Shown: positions 1 through 10,884 of the stretch, in pieces
How the letters are laid out: every line of letters begins with the position of its first letter
Numbering within the stretch: position 1 is the first letter of the stretch
Notes under the pieces: generated by a model
The model's database searches: none
The model's input: the letters and a program-made list of their open reading frames with translations, nothing else
Told to the model about the DNA's origin: nothing
Program-made: the position numbers and the translations under genes
Assembly: GCA_030141605.1 (NCBI GenBank)
Contig: JAQGDQ010001629.1
Coordinates: 1 to 31,933, forward strand
Source: Tubiluchus corallicola
Lineage: Eukaryota > Animalia > Priapulida
Reading direction: 5' to 3'
Length of the DNA: 31,933 bases

Positions 1-317
1 ATATGAGAGATCCTGTAAGAGAAGGGAGATTTTGTATTGGCCTAAGGAGACGACCTTTCGTGCGATGCGGGATAGGAAAGAGATTGGATTCCCATATGAG
101 ATCCTGTAAGAGAAGGGAGACTTTGTATTGGCCTAAGGAGACGACCTTTCGTGCGGATGAAACGGGATGGGAAAGAGATTGGATTCCCATATGAGAGATC
201 CTGTAAGAGAAGGGAGATTTTGTATTGGCCTAAGGAGACGACCTTTCGTGCGAATGAAACGGGATAGGAAAGAGATTAGATTCCCATATGAGAGATCCTG
301 TAAGAGAAGGGAGATTT
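1..317. repeat. Tandem repeat, ~95 bp unit, 3.3 copies (truncated by window start)
   Basis: Unit ATATGAGAGATCCTGTAAGAGAAGGGAGA...GATTCCC restarts at 1, 94, 189 and 286. Confidence 0.95.
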
Positions 318-522
318 TGAAACGAACGAAGCACAAACTTTTCTGTCAGTAATACCAAAGTCAAATCTAAATGTAACCAGTGCGGCACACGCCCTGACAC
401 GAAGGCCTTGTTACACCACATGTAATCGTTCGCCAGGTTTTGTAATTATTGCTTCATTGGTTTTGTTTAAATTGTTCGGGCAGCTGATGATGATGATGAT
501 GACGATGAAAAATTTATACAGT

Positions 523-577
523 ATACACACGCACACACGCACACACGCACACACGCACACACGCACGCATGCGCGCA

Positions 578-625
<48 letters not shown>
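523..625. repeat. (CA)n/(CACG)n microsatellite
   Basis: Directly visible; preceded by a short (GAT)n run at ~486-506. Confidence 0.95.
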
Positions 626-828
626 TGCAAGGCCTTTATTTGCAGGCCAATATTTTTGCACTGTATACCACATAAATATAAACACGGTCAATTATAATCA
701 CGTTCTTAATACATGTACCACAAACTTGCTTATACATGTAAAATATTTTTGCAATTATTTATAATAATTATAATAATTATAGTTATTATAATTATTATTA
801 ATCATTATTAATAATAATAATAAAAATA

Positions 829-858
829 ACTAGCAAAGGCCCCGCAAAAAATTTTGCG
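829..858 (-). mobile_element. Putative Helitron/Helentron-type 3' terminus
   Basis: Minus strand reads hairpin CGCAAAATTTTTTGCG (858-843), a 9 nt spacer, CTAG (833-830), then T. This is the canonical hairpin-CTRR|T end. 5' end not identified. Confidence 0.4.
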
Positions 859-1382
859 ATAAATACACGTATAATCAAAAATACGCGAACATCGTACATA
901 GTCCTCATTTATAACGCAAAGCCAGCAGCAGCTTTTACTAAATTAAAGTTATAAGATTATAGGCAGAGTATAATGGTGACGTCAGAACAATGGCTTTGCG
1001 TCAGCAGTTTTCTAAGCGAAAATCGCCGAAAATAGAACATGTAATTAACTCGTCGATACTCCTCTTGGTGGACATGTCCTAAAATATAGCCCACATCATT
1101 TTGTAGCCCTGTTCTTTCTCTTTCTAAAGAGCTATATATCTCGTTTCCAGAGTCCCACCAGGTGCGGCTAGAACGTTTTTTCCGCATGCTGTTTGGTCAA
1201 AATTTCGAAAAAAATCACTGGTAATATTTGTTATTTTTTTGTTATTTTAGTGTTTCATGGGAGTAGTAAAGTTCGTTATAATTGCTGTGGAATGTATAAA
1301 AGTTAAATAACTGTTATATTATATGAAAATATAATGGTAAATAAGCAAATTTAATATTAAATATATTTTGTTTTTAATAAAG

Positions 1383-1605
1383 CTGGTGAGCATTTTTGGA
1401 TTGGTTCAACCGACATACACGAGGAGGGTGACTGAAGGTGGTTTGCAAGAGGCCGACCTGCTCTTTTTACTTCTTGGGACGTAGCAGATGGCCACCGGAT
1501 AACTACGGCGATGGCGAAAGCTGCGCCATCTTGCGGGCAAATGGGAACACGTGGAATGACTTCTCGTGTGATACAGCAAAATTTCCGTATATTTGTGAAT
1601 CCTAG
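1383..1605 (+). pseudogene. C-type lectin domain, terminal exon, disabled
   Basis: After T-rich acceptor ...TAATAAAG (AG 1381-1382) it reads GEHFWIGSTDIHEEGD*RWFARGRPALFTSWDVADG[Q]PDNYGDGESCAILRANGNTWNDFSCDTAKFPYICES*. WIG, WND, C..C and YICE motifs of CTLDs are present. TGA at 1433-1435 replaces a conserved Trp; 1 nt is missing at ~1494. AATAAA at 1760-1765. Absent from the ORF track. Confidence 0.9.
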
Positions 1606-1880
1606 GCGACACGCTAGATTACTTATGACGGAAATCCGAATTTTTGTGCTTTTTTAAGTCGTTCACCTCCGTTCTTGAAAAAGTAAAAAAATCTAATCGA
1701 TATAGGCTAATATTAAACATGTTTGTATACTGTTGTTAGTGATTTGTATACTGATTATTAATAAACGAGACTTAGTGTGGATTTGACTGGTATTTGAGGA
1801 CAATTTATACGCATTACTACATGTTCCTATGTAGCAAGTTTGCAATTCTTGTATACCACGAGCATCTGCTTATACACAAT

Positions 1881-2048
1881 TACGGCGTTGAAAATACCGG
1901 TTGTTCAAAACAGGTTGATGACAAGGATTCTCGTCTGATCACCGAAGTTAAGCAACGATGAGGCGGGTTAGTACTTGGATGGGTGACCGACAAGGAATAG
2001 CAGGTTCAAATCCCGTTGAAGACACCGGTTCTCGTCTGATCACCGAAG

Positions 2049-2049
<1 letters not shown>
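1881..2049 (+). pseudogene. Rearranged 5S rRNA-derived fragments
   Basis: 1928-2005 matches the 5S internal region (TTCTCGTCTGATCACCGAAGTTAAGCAACG...GTTAGTACTTGGATGGGTGACCG). 2007-2049 restarts near 5S nt ~10 and stops near nt ~52. 1881-1902 resembles a deleted 5' end. Confidence 0.85.
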
Positions 2050-2084
<35 letters not shown>

Positions 2085-2110
2085 GGTAAGTAGGTAAGTA
2101 AGTAAGTAAG
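2050..2110. repeat. (GTAA)n microsatellite
   Basis: About 15 units abutting the truncated 5S fragment. Confidence 0.95.
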
Positions 2111-2300
2111 GCATTGTCTTAGATTGTCCCCACATTACATGGATCGTCTTAGCAAACATTTATTACATGGATGGTCTTGGCATTGTCTTAGATTGTCCCC
2201 ACATTACATGCATTCACTTATCATTGTCTTACATTGCCCCCACATTACATGAATTGTCCTAGCATACATGAATTGTCTTAGCATACATTTATTACATGCA
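2111..2300. repeat. Degenerate tandem repeat
   Basis: Recurring CATTGTCTTAGATTGTCCCCACATTACATG and ATTGTCTTAGCATACAT modules. Confidence 0.75.
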
Positions 2301-2508
2301 TGACTCTAGTGTGTCACGTGGTAAAACTTACCCCTGCAGGTTTATATCTGCTTCAGAAAATACGTGTCGAGGACTTCAACAAGTCCTAAAGAAAAAAACG
2401 TGACGTCACGTTTTGGTAAACACTGAAATTGCGTCAACACTGCTTGAAAAGTAATTGCGTGTTGTTTGCAAAAGCTCAATATGCCGCCAGCAAATGAAAT
2501 TTTGTTTG

Positions 2509-4372
2509 ACATGCAAGCTTTGTGTGCTATGAACGTTCCCTTTCTGACATGCAAGGTTTGTGTGCTATGAACGTTCCCTTTCTGACATGCAAGGTTTGTG
2601 TGCCATGAACGTTCCCTTTCTTACATGCAAGGTTTGTGTGCTATGAACGTTCCCTATCTTACATGCAAGCTTTGGGTGCCATGAACGTTCCCTTTCTTAC
2701 ATGCAAGGTTTGTGTGCTATGGACGTTCCCTTTCTTACATGCAAGGTTTGTGTGCCATGAACGTTCCCTTTCTTACATGCAACGTTTGTGTGCTAAGAAC
2801 GTTCCCTTTCTTACATGCAACGTTTGTGTGCTAAGAACGTTCCCTTTCTTACATGCAAGGTTTGTGTGCTATGGACGTTCCCTTTCTTACATGCAAGGTT
2901 TGTGTGCCATGAACGTTCCCTTTCTTACATGCAAGGTTTGTGTGCTATGGACGTTCCCTTTCTTACATGCAAGGTTTGTGTGCCATGAACGTTCCCTTTC
3001 TTACATGCAAGGTTTGTGTGCTATGGACGTTCCCTTTCTTACATGCAAGGTTTGTGTGCTATGAACGTTCCCTTTTTTACATGCAAGGTTTGTGTGCCAT
3101 GAACGTTCCCTTTCTTACATGCAAGGTTTGTGTGCCATGAACGTTCCCTATCTTACATGCAAGCTTTGGGTGCCATGAACGTTCCCTTTCTTACATGCAA
3201 GCTTTGGGTGCTATGAACGTTCCCTTTCTTACATGCAAGGCTTGTGTGCTATGAACGTTTCCTTTCTTACATGCAAGGTTTGTGTGCCATGAACGTTCCC
3301 TTTCTTACATGCAAGGCTTGTGTGCCATGAACGTTCCCTTTCTTACATGCAAGGTTTGTGTGCCATGAACGTTCCCTTTCTTACATGCAAGGTTTGTGTG
3401 CCATGAACGTTCCCTATCTTACATGCAAGCTTTGGGTGCCATGAACGTTCCCTTTCTTACATGCAAGCTTTGGGTGCTATGAACGTTCCCTTTCTTACAT
3501 GCAAGGCTTGTGTGCTATGAACGTTCCATTTCTTACATGCAAGGTTTGTGTGCCATGAACGTTCCCTATCTTACATGCAAGCTTTGGGTGCCATGAACGT
3601 TCCCTTTCTTACATGCAAGCTTTGGGTGCTATGAACGTTCCCTTTCTTACATGCAAGGCTTGTGTGCTATGAACGTTTCCTTTCTTACATGCAAGGTTTG
3701 TGTGCCATGAACGTTCCCTTTCTTACATGCAAGGCTTGTGTGCTATGAACGTTCCCTTTCTTACACGCAAGGTTTGTGTGCCATGAACGTTCCCTTTCTT
3801 ACATGCAAGGTTTGTGTGCTAAGAACGTTCCCTTTCTTACACGCAAAGCTTGTGTGCTATGAACGTTCCCTTTCTTACATGCAAGGTTTGTGTGCTAAGA
3901 ACGTTCCCTTTCTTACATGCAAGGTTTGTGTGCTATGAACGTTCCCTTTCTTACATGCAAGGTTTGTGTGCTATGAACGTTCCCTTTCTTACATGCAAGG
4001 TTTGTGTGCTATGAACGTTCCCTTTCTTACATGCAAGGTTTGTGTGCTATGAACGTTCCCTTTCTTACATGCAAGGTTTGTGTGCTATGAACGTTCCCTT
4101 TCTTACATGCAAGGTTTGTGTGCTATGAACGTTCTCTTTCTTACATGCAAGCTTTGGGTGCTATGAACGTTCCCTATCTTACATGCAAGGCTTGTGTGCT
4201 ATGAACGTTCCCTTTCTTACATGCAAGGTTTGTGTGCTATGAACGTTCCCTTTCTTACATGCAAGGCTTGTGTGCTATGAACGTTCCCTTTCTTACATGC
4301 AAGGTTTGTGTGCTATGAACGTTCCCTATCTTACATCTAAGGTTTGTGTGCCATGAACGTTCCCTTTCTTAC
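2509..4372. repeat. 38 bp minisatellite, ~49 copies
   Basis: Unit ACATGCAAGGTTTGTGTGCTATGAACGTTCCCTTTCTT. Confidence 0.97.
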
Positions 4373-4890
4373 CAAGTACCTATTCGCATTAGTGGTTCGT
4401 TCACTACATTTTTTTACTTTGTTTCCAAAACAACAACATGTCTGTATACGTTTTTTTGTAGAATAACCCTTTTTTATAATTTCGTTGCGCGCACGCGCAG
4501 TTACTGTAGATCAAAGGTTAAGTGTACCACAGCAGCTCGTTTTAACTACAACCGTCACGTGACGTGTGGGTAAAGCAATGCCGTCTGCTTGCATCAGTTC
4601 AGTAACTTCAGTTGTTTTACGTGGAATTTACTTAATTATCTGGGCGTGAAGTGATTTACTAGCAGGATCTTGCTTGGGAACAAGAAAAAATGAACTAATT
4701 AAGGTTCTAGCTAGCTGTTAAAACTGTGTGCACGTTTTATAACTGCCACTGTGTTTATTATTTGTGCGTTGCGATAATTGTGTTAATTACGTTAATTACT
4801 GCTCGTAATGGTCTGTATCATTTATTTGTGAGGTTAATAAACCTTAATGTTTTGTGCAGAAATTAATTTTGACCGTTTTATTATAATTAA

Positions 4891-5374
4891 TTTTAAGTAA
4901 TTATTTTGATAATTCACATTCAGGTTTTAGGTGTAAACCACAAGGTTGTTCTGGGTAAATTACTATTCTTAAATTCCTTAAGTTGCTGTAGTTCATCTCA
5001 AACTGATGGCCACGGCTTGTTCTCATTCCATAATGAAGCCATGCTCTGTTTTCATACTGAAGCCATGTTCTGTTTCCATAATGAAGCCATGCTCTGTTTC
5101 CATAATGAAGCCATATTCTGTTTTCATAATGAAGCCATGCTCTGTTTTCATAATGAAGCCATGTTCTGTTTTCATAATGAAGCCATGCTCTGTTTTCATA
5201 ATGAAGCCATGTTCTACTTTTAAGTAATTATTTTAATAATTCACATTTAGGTTTTAGGTATAAACCACAAGGATGTTCTGGGCAAATTACTATTCCTAAT
5301 CATTAAGTTGCTGTATTTCAGCACAAACTGATGGCCACGGCTTGTTCTCATTCCATAATGAAGCCATGTTCTAC
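4891..5374. repeat. Tandem duplication (~157 bp unit) with a nested 24 bp minisatellite in copy 1
   Basis: Copy 1 is 4891-5217 with 8x CATAATGAAGCCATGCTCTGTTTT; copy 2 is 5218-5374 with a single unit. Confidence 0.92.
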
Positions 5375-5791
5375 TCTCATTTGCATCTTAATTGTCACGG
5401 CGCATCTTTTTATTATGCTTCTCTTTGCTGCCTCAGCATTGAATGAGAATCGATGAGGATAGCTGACGTGCTTCTGCCGAAATCGATCACGGATCAAAAG
5501 GTTTTGTGCCGCGCAGAAGTTAATTGAGTCTCTTCTCTGGCGAGGCGTACCTTCTGGTCAACTTTTATTACGCCTTTTGCTTGTAAACTCAGCGTCAATT
5601 TCCAAGTATTTTTCACAAGCGTAAAGAGACGGACGAAATTTGGGTTACATCGGAATACAAGAACGCGCATGCGCATTCTTCGGTCGTTACAGAGACAAAT
5701 GTTACATGTTTAATAGAAAATGCTCTCAGGACCAGGGTTACCTCGTTTTGTCACTTTTTGTGATCCTGATTATCTTGCATTTATCCTTGAG

Positions 5792-5911
5792 GACTACGGC
5801 CAAATCACGTTGAAAACACTGGTTCTCGTCTGATGACCGAAGTAAAGCAACGTAGAGCCTGGTTAGTGCTTGGATGGGTGACCGCCTAGGAATACCAGGT
5901 ACTGTAGGCTT
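5792..5911 (+). pseudogene. Full-length (120 nt) 5S rRNA-derived sequence acting as SINE head
   Basis: GACTACGGCCAAATCACGTTGAAAACACTGGTTCTCGTCTGATG...CTGTAGGCTT. Box A-like AGTAAAGCAACG and box C TGGATGGGTGACCGCC are present. No T-run terminator follows, so this is not a canonical 5S gene. Confidence 0.9.
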
Positions 5912-6339
5912 GCGAGATGCCCACACTGTATCTCGACACTAAGCGGAGGAGCTGTACAAGCAGCCAACGGCTAGAGGGCGGAGGAGGTCAAGTGACCCAA
6001 CAGCCATGTGTACAGGAGTAAACCTTCCAAATCAGGAGTGGAGCCCCGAAGGCGGACCAGTGCAGCATGCTCACTGACTCCAGCAGCTCCTGCAGCCAAC
6101 CTGGTGCCAAACGTATCGCTCCGCTTTCCTTTGGACTACACCAGCGAGAAAGAGAGGGGGTTCCTGTTGTCTGGGCAACTCAGGATCTCCATACACCTTG
6201 CCCAGGCGTGCGCCTTGGAGACGTTCAAGGATCGGACTGCTCAGCCACAGTCGACGCTGCAGCTCCATCAATGTTATCAATAACTGACTCTCTTGGCGCA
6301 CATTCCATTGTCTTCCGAGACAGAAGGATGCCAGCAACA
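5792..6339 (+). mobile_element. 5S rRNA-derived SINE (SINE3-type) with RTE-LINE-derived 3' end, probably a bipartite RTE body
   Basis: 5S head; GC-rich body 5912-6221; RTE C-terminal remnant RSRIGLLSHSRRCSSINVINN* at 6222-6287; stem-loop TGTCT-TCCG-AGACA; CAGCAACAA tail; TSD ATCCTTGAG (5783-5791) / ATCCTGGAG (6340-6348). Confidence 0.82.
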
Positions 6340-6749
6340 ATCCTGGAGGCTAAAGATTATCGTATTTTCGCCTAAAATAGAAAATTATTGCATGTTTGCA
6401 GCAAATTAGTATTACATTTTGCACTTAACAAGTAAATATAACACCAATATTAACAAGACTGAATTAACAACAATTAATCACAGTAAAACGTCACAGATTG
6501 TTGTTTTTCACAGAATCATGCCTTTTCATGACGTCATCACGAGGATTCTTTTTTTAAATCTTTACTTTATTTAGGAAACTGTGACCACTAACTGCGACCA
6601 GCATGCTTCGGACTGCAGTGAAATCAAAGTCCACTTACTTTCCACTGGTTAGCAGTGATGTTTTAAATGTTTTCAGTGCTTAATTTTTTCAATTTTTTTT
6701 TTGTTTCGCTTGTAAATTGCCATAATATAACTGTCGATTACCATATAGT

Positions 6750-7713
6750 TTCTTCTTGTACAGTTTGATAACTCAAATTATCCCAGATATTATCATATAA
6801 ACGGCAACCCTGCTCAGTCTCTTCTTGTACAGTTTGATAACTCAAATTATCGTAGATATTATCATATAAACGGCAACCCTGCTCAGTCTCTTCTTGTACA
6901 GTTTGATAACTCAAATTATCCCAGATATTATCATATAAACGGCAACCCTGCTCAGTGTCTTCTTGTACAGTTTGATAACTCAAATTATCCCAGATATTAT
7001 CTTATAAACGGCAACCCTGCTCAGTCTCTTCTTGTACAGTTTGATAACTCAAATTATCCCAGATATTATCTTATAAACGGCAACCCTGCTCAGTCTCTTC
7101 TTGTACAGTTTGATAACTCAAATTATCCCAGATATTATCATATAAACGGCAACCCTGCTCAGTCTCTTCTTGTACAGTTTGATAACTCAAATTATCGTAG
7201 ATATTATCATATAAACGGCAACCCTGCTCAGTCTCTTCTTGTACAGTTTGATAACTCAAATTATCCCAGATATTATCATATAAACGGCAACCCTGCTCAG
7301 TCTCTTCTTGTACAGTATGATAACTCAAATTATCGCAGATATTATCATATAAACGGCAACCCTGCTCAGTGTCTTCTTGTACAGTTTGATAACTCAAATT
7401 ATCGCAGATATTATCATATAAACGGCAACCCTGCTCAGTTTCTTCTTGTACAGTTTGATAACTCAAATTATCCCAGATATTATCATATAAACGGCAACCC
7501 TGCTCAGTTTCGTCTTGTACAGTTTGATAACTCAAATTATCGCAGATATTATCATATAAACGGCAACCCTGCTCAGTCTCTTCTTGTACAGTTTGATAAC
7601 TCAAATTATCGCAGATATTATCATATAAACGCCAACCCTGCTCAGTCTCTTCTTGTACAGTATGATAACTCAAATTATTGTACATATTATCATATAAACG
7701 GCAACCCTGCTCA
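6750..7713. repeat. 69 bp minisatellite, ~14 copies
   Basis: Unit CTTCTTGTACAGTTTGATAACTCAAATTATCCCAGATATTATCATATAAACGGCAACCCTGCTCAGTCT. Confidence 0.97.
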
Positions 7714-7856
7714 TGACTTCTTTTTCATATGTTTTTTTTTTGCTATCAATTCTTATGTCGAATGGTCACTTAGCCTTGTTTAGGGCCATTTGATGTGAAA
7801 ACATTTGCTTCGTCTGAGAATATTTTAATCGGAGCGATCATTAACATTAGAAACTA

Positions 7857-8572
7857 CACGAAACAATGAAATGACAACTCGCAAACAATGAAATGACAGA
7901 ACGTAAACAATGAAATGACAACACGTAAGCAATGAAGTGATAACTCGCAAACAATGAAATGACAGCACGCAAACAATGAAATGACAACACGTAAACAATA
8001 AAATGACAACACGCAAACAATGAAATGACAACACGTAAACAATGAAATGACAACACGCAAACAATGAAATGACAACACGCAAACAATGAAATGACAACAC
8101 GCAAACAATGAAATGACAACACGTAAACAATGAAATGACAACACACAAACAATGAAATGACAACACGCAAACAATGAAATGACAACACGCAAACAATGAA
8201 ATGACAACACGCAAACAATGAAATGACAACACGCAAACAATGAAATGACAACACGCAAACAATGAAGTGACAACACGTAAACAATGAAATGACAACACGT
8301 AAACAATGAAATGACAACACACAAACAATGAAATGACAACACGCAAACAATGAAATGACAACACGTAAACAATGAAATGACAACACGTAAACAATGAAAT
8401 GACAACACGTAAACAATGAAATGACAACACGTAAACAATGAAATGACAACACGAAACAATGAAATGACAACACGTAAACAATGAAATGACAACACGTAAA
8501 CAATGAAATGACAACACGTAAACAATGAAATGACAACACGTAAACAATGAAATGACAACACGTAGACAATGA
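7857..8572. repeat. 22 bp minisatellite, ~33 copies
   Basis: Unit AAACAATGAAATGACAACACG(C/T). Confidence 0.97.
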
Positions 8573-8852
8573 TTTCACTTTCAAAACATTTTACGGTGTA
8601 TTATACGAATGTGGTTTTAGCCAGATGGATTTAAACTGCAAATCCACTTGTAAGTTGTAACAATAACAAAATGTTTACTGATTTTCGTTCAAACAAAAGA
8701 ATATTTTAGTCTAATTAAATTTAACTAATTCATGGTTACTATGGTAACCAATTAAAAGAGTATCAAATTCAAATGTCATTACAAAGCCTGTTCTTGAGGG
8801 AGCATTAAGAGCAGCGAATTTGGTTTTTAACTAGTCAGCAGCCGACTGACCA

Positions 8853-9220
8853 AGCAGCCAACCAACCAACGACCATCCAATCAACCAAACAACCATCCAA
8901 TCAACCATCGACCATCCAGTCAACCAAACAACCATCCAATCGACCCAACAATTATCCAATCGAACAAACAACAATCCAATCAACCAGCAACCATCCAGTC
9001 GACCAAACAACCATCCAATCGACCAAACAACTATCCAATCGACCAAACAACTATCCAATCAACCAGCAACCATCCAGTCAACCAAACAACCATCCAATCG
9101 ACCAAACCACCATCTAATCAACCAAACAACCATCCAATCAACCAAACAACCATCCAAACGACCAAAAAACCATTTAACCAAACAACCATCCAGTCAATCA
9201 ACCAACCAACCATTCAATCA
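8853..9220. repeat. Degenerate 20 bp minisatellite built on (CAAC/CATC)
   Basis: Unit approximately ACCAAACAACCATCCAATCG. Confidence 0.9.
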
Positions 9221-9579
9221 ATTTGTATATCATTGTATATTTTACTATATTGTATAGTTATTTGCATATTTTACTGTGTGGTAATTCACATTTTGACAAT
9301 GTGGTGCCTCGCTTTAGTTATGCAGCCATTAGCTAGCAACCCTCCAGCACAAATGAACAGCAAGAGATGCGCGCAAATTGCTCTGACAGATCAGAATGAG
9401 AACTAATTAACGGTTAGAAAAGCTGTAGCATTAAGACTTAGCCAGCTACAGTTATTGACCAGCAAGCCATCGTGTGCGTTTATACTGGAAACGACATTTA
9501 TTCACAAATTTATGGGAGTTTTTCACGCACAAGGAGGGAAGATCCAAACAATGAAAAGAGATTCTTTTCGGGTTTTTAA

Positions 9580-9960
9580 GTTTGCTGTGCTGGTTTTTTT
9601 AGCTTTGCTGTTGTAGTGTTAGCTTTTTGGGTTTTGCTGTGTGTGGTGCTGACTTTTTGGGTTTTGCTGTTTGTGGTGCTGACTTTTTGGGTTTTGCTGT
9701 GTGTGGTGCTGACTTTTTGGGTTTTGCGGTTTGTGGTGCTGACGTTTTGGGTTTTGTTGTGTGTGGTGCTGACTTTTTGGGTTTTGTTGCATGTGGTGCT
9801 CACTTTTTGGGTTTTGCGGTGTGTGGCCCTGGCTTCTTTTTTAGATTTAACTGAATGTGGTGCTGGCTTTTTTAGGGCTTGCTGTATGTGGTGTTGGCTT
9901 CTTTTTTGGCTTTACTAGAGAGGCCACTGATTTCTTTTTGGGGCTTGCTGTATGTAGCAC
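9580..9960. repeat. 30 bp minisatellite with degenerate flanks
   Basis: Unit TTTTGGGTTTTGCTGTGTGTGGTGCTGACT; ~7 clean copies at 9625-9830, older copies on both sides. Confidence 0.9.
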
Positions 9961-10270
9961 TGGCTTCTGGCTTCTTTTTTAGATTTAACTGAATGTGATG
10001 CTGGCTACTTCCTAGTTAGCCTATTGGTAAATACGCCCTGAGTGCTGGCACTTCTGACCAGGTCAGTGTAATGGATGTTCATGTTTTGTGGCTTTATTGG
10101 AAATCGCTTTGCCATTTTTAGCATAAATTGATGTTGCTGGTTTTTAGGCTTACCTCTCTATGATGTTGTTTTTTTCTGCTGGCAGATGGATTTAGGTTAT
10201 TGATGAAAATATCTCGCTAACTGGATATCTAGGTGTGGGAAGCGAAAATATTGGGCTTCCACTCAAGAAA

Positions 10271-10349
10271 TAGCTAAGTGGTCGCAGCAAGAGCATGTGG
10301 CCAAAGTTAAGCAATGCTGAAGCCGGTCAATGAATGAACGGGTGACCAC
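10271..10349 (+). mobile_element. Diverged SINE head: tRNA A-box-like motif followed by a 5S-derived segment
   Basis: TAGCTAAGTGG (10271-10281) fits TRGCNNAGYGG. 10301-10349 aligns without gaps to the 5S box A-box C interval at roughly 70% identity. Confidence 0.55.
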
Positions 10350-10556
10350 AGAACTCAACATTCGCACTGGGTGGTTAATTCATCATGTTGATTGGAACCG
10401 TTTGTCTCGCCGAGGAACGATGGTTCACATCGAAATGATGCCCGGACGCCCCTGTTAGTCCAGTGCCTCAGCTTTTAGAATTTGTGTTGTCAACGAGACA
10501 CCACAGCTATCTGCATTAAGTAGCCACTGTGTGCTGGATTATTACATAATTAGCTA

Positions 10557-10870
<314 letters not shown>

Positions 10871-10884
10871 ATTAATGCTTTTTT

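Noticed and set aside
1150-1221. Upstream lectin exon (LVKI-like, phase-compatible donor)
   Set aside because: Contains stops, and the spacing to the WIG motif is too short for a CTLD.
1433-1435. TGA as selenocysteine or recoded Trp
   Set aside because: It sits at a conserved Trp and is accompanied by a frameshift; no SECIS was recognised; pseudogenisation is simpler.
5792-5911. Functional 5S rRNA gene
   Set aside because: No oligo-T terminator, several substitutions, no tandem rDNA context, and it lies within a TSD-flanked retroposon.
6008-6375. ORFs of 89-102 aa in the SINE body
   Set aside because: GC-rich UTR-like sequence; only the short RIGLLSH remnant, in another frame, is recognisable.
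7071-7685. 204 aa repetitive ORF on the minus strand
   Set aside because: Product of a 69 bp unit (a multiple of 3); some units contain stops; no unique coding flanks.
7825-8584. Three overlapping ~240 aa Cys-rich ORFs
   Set aside because: All three frames are open because the 22 bp unit lacks stops on that strand; artefact.
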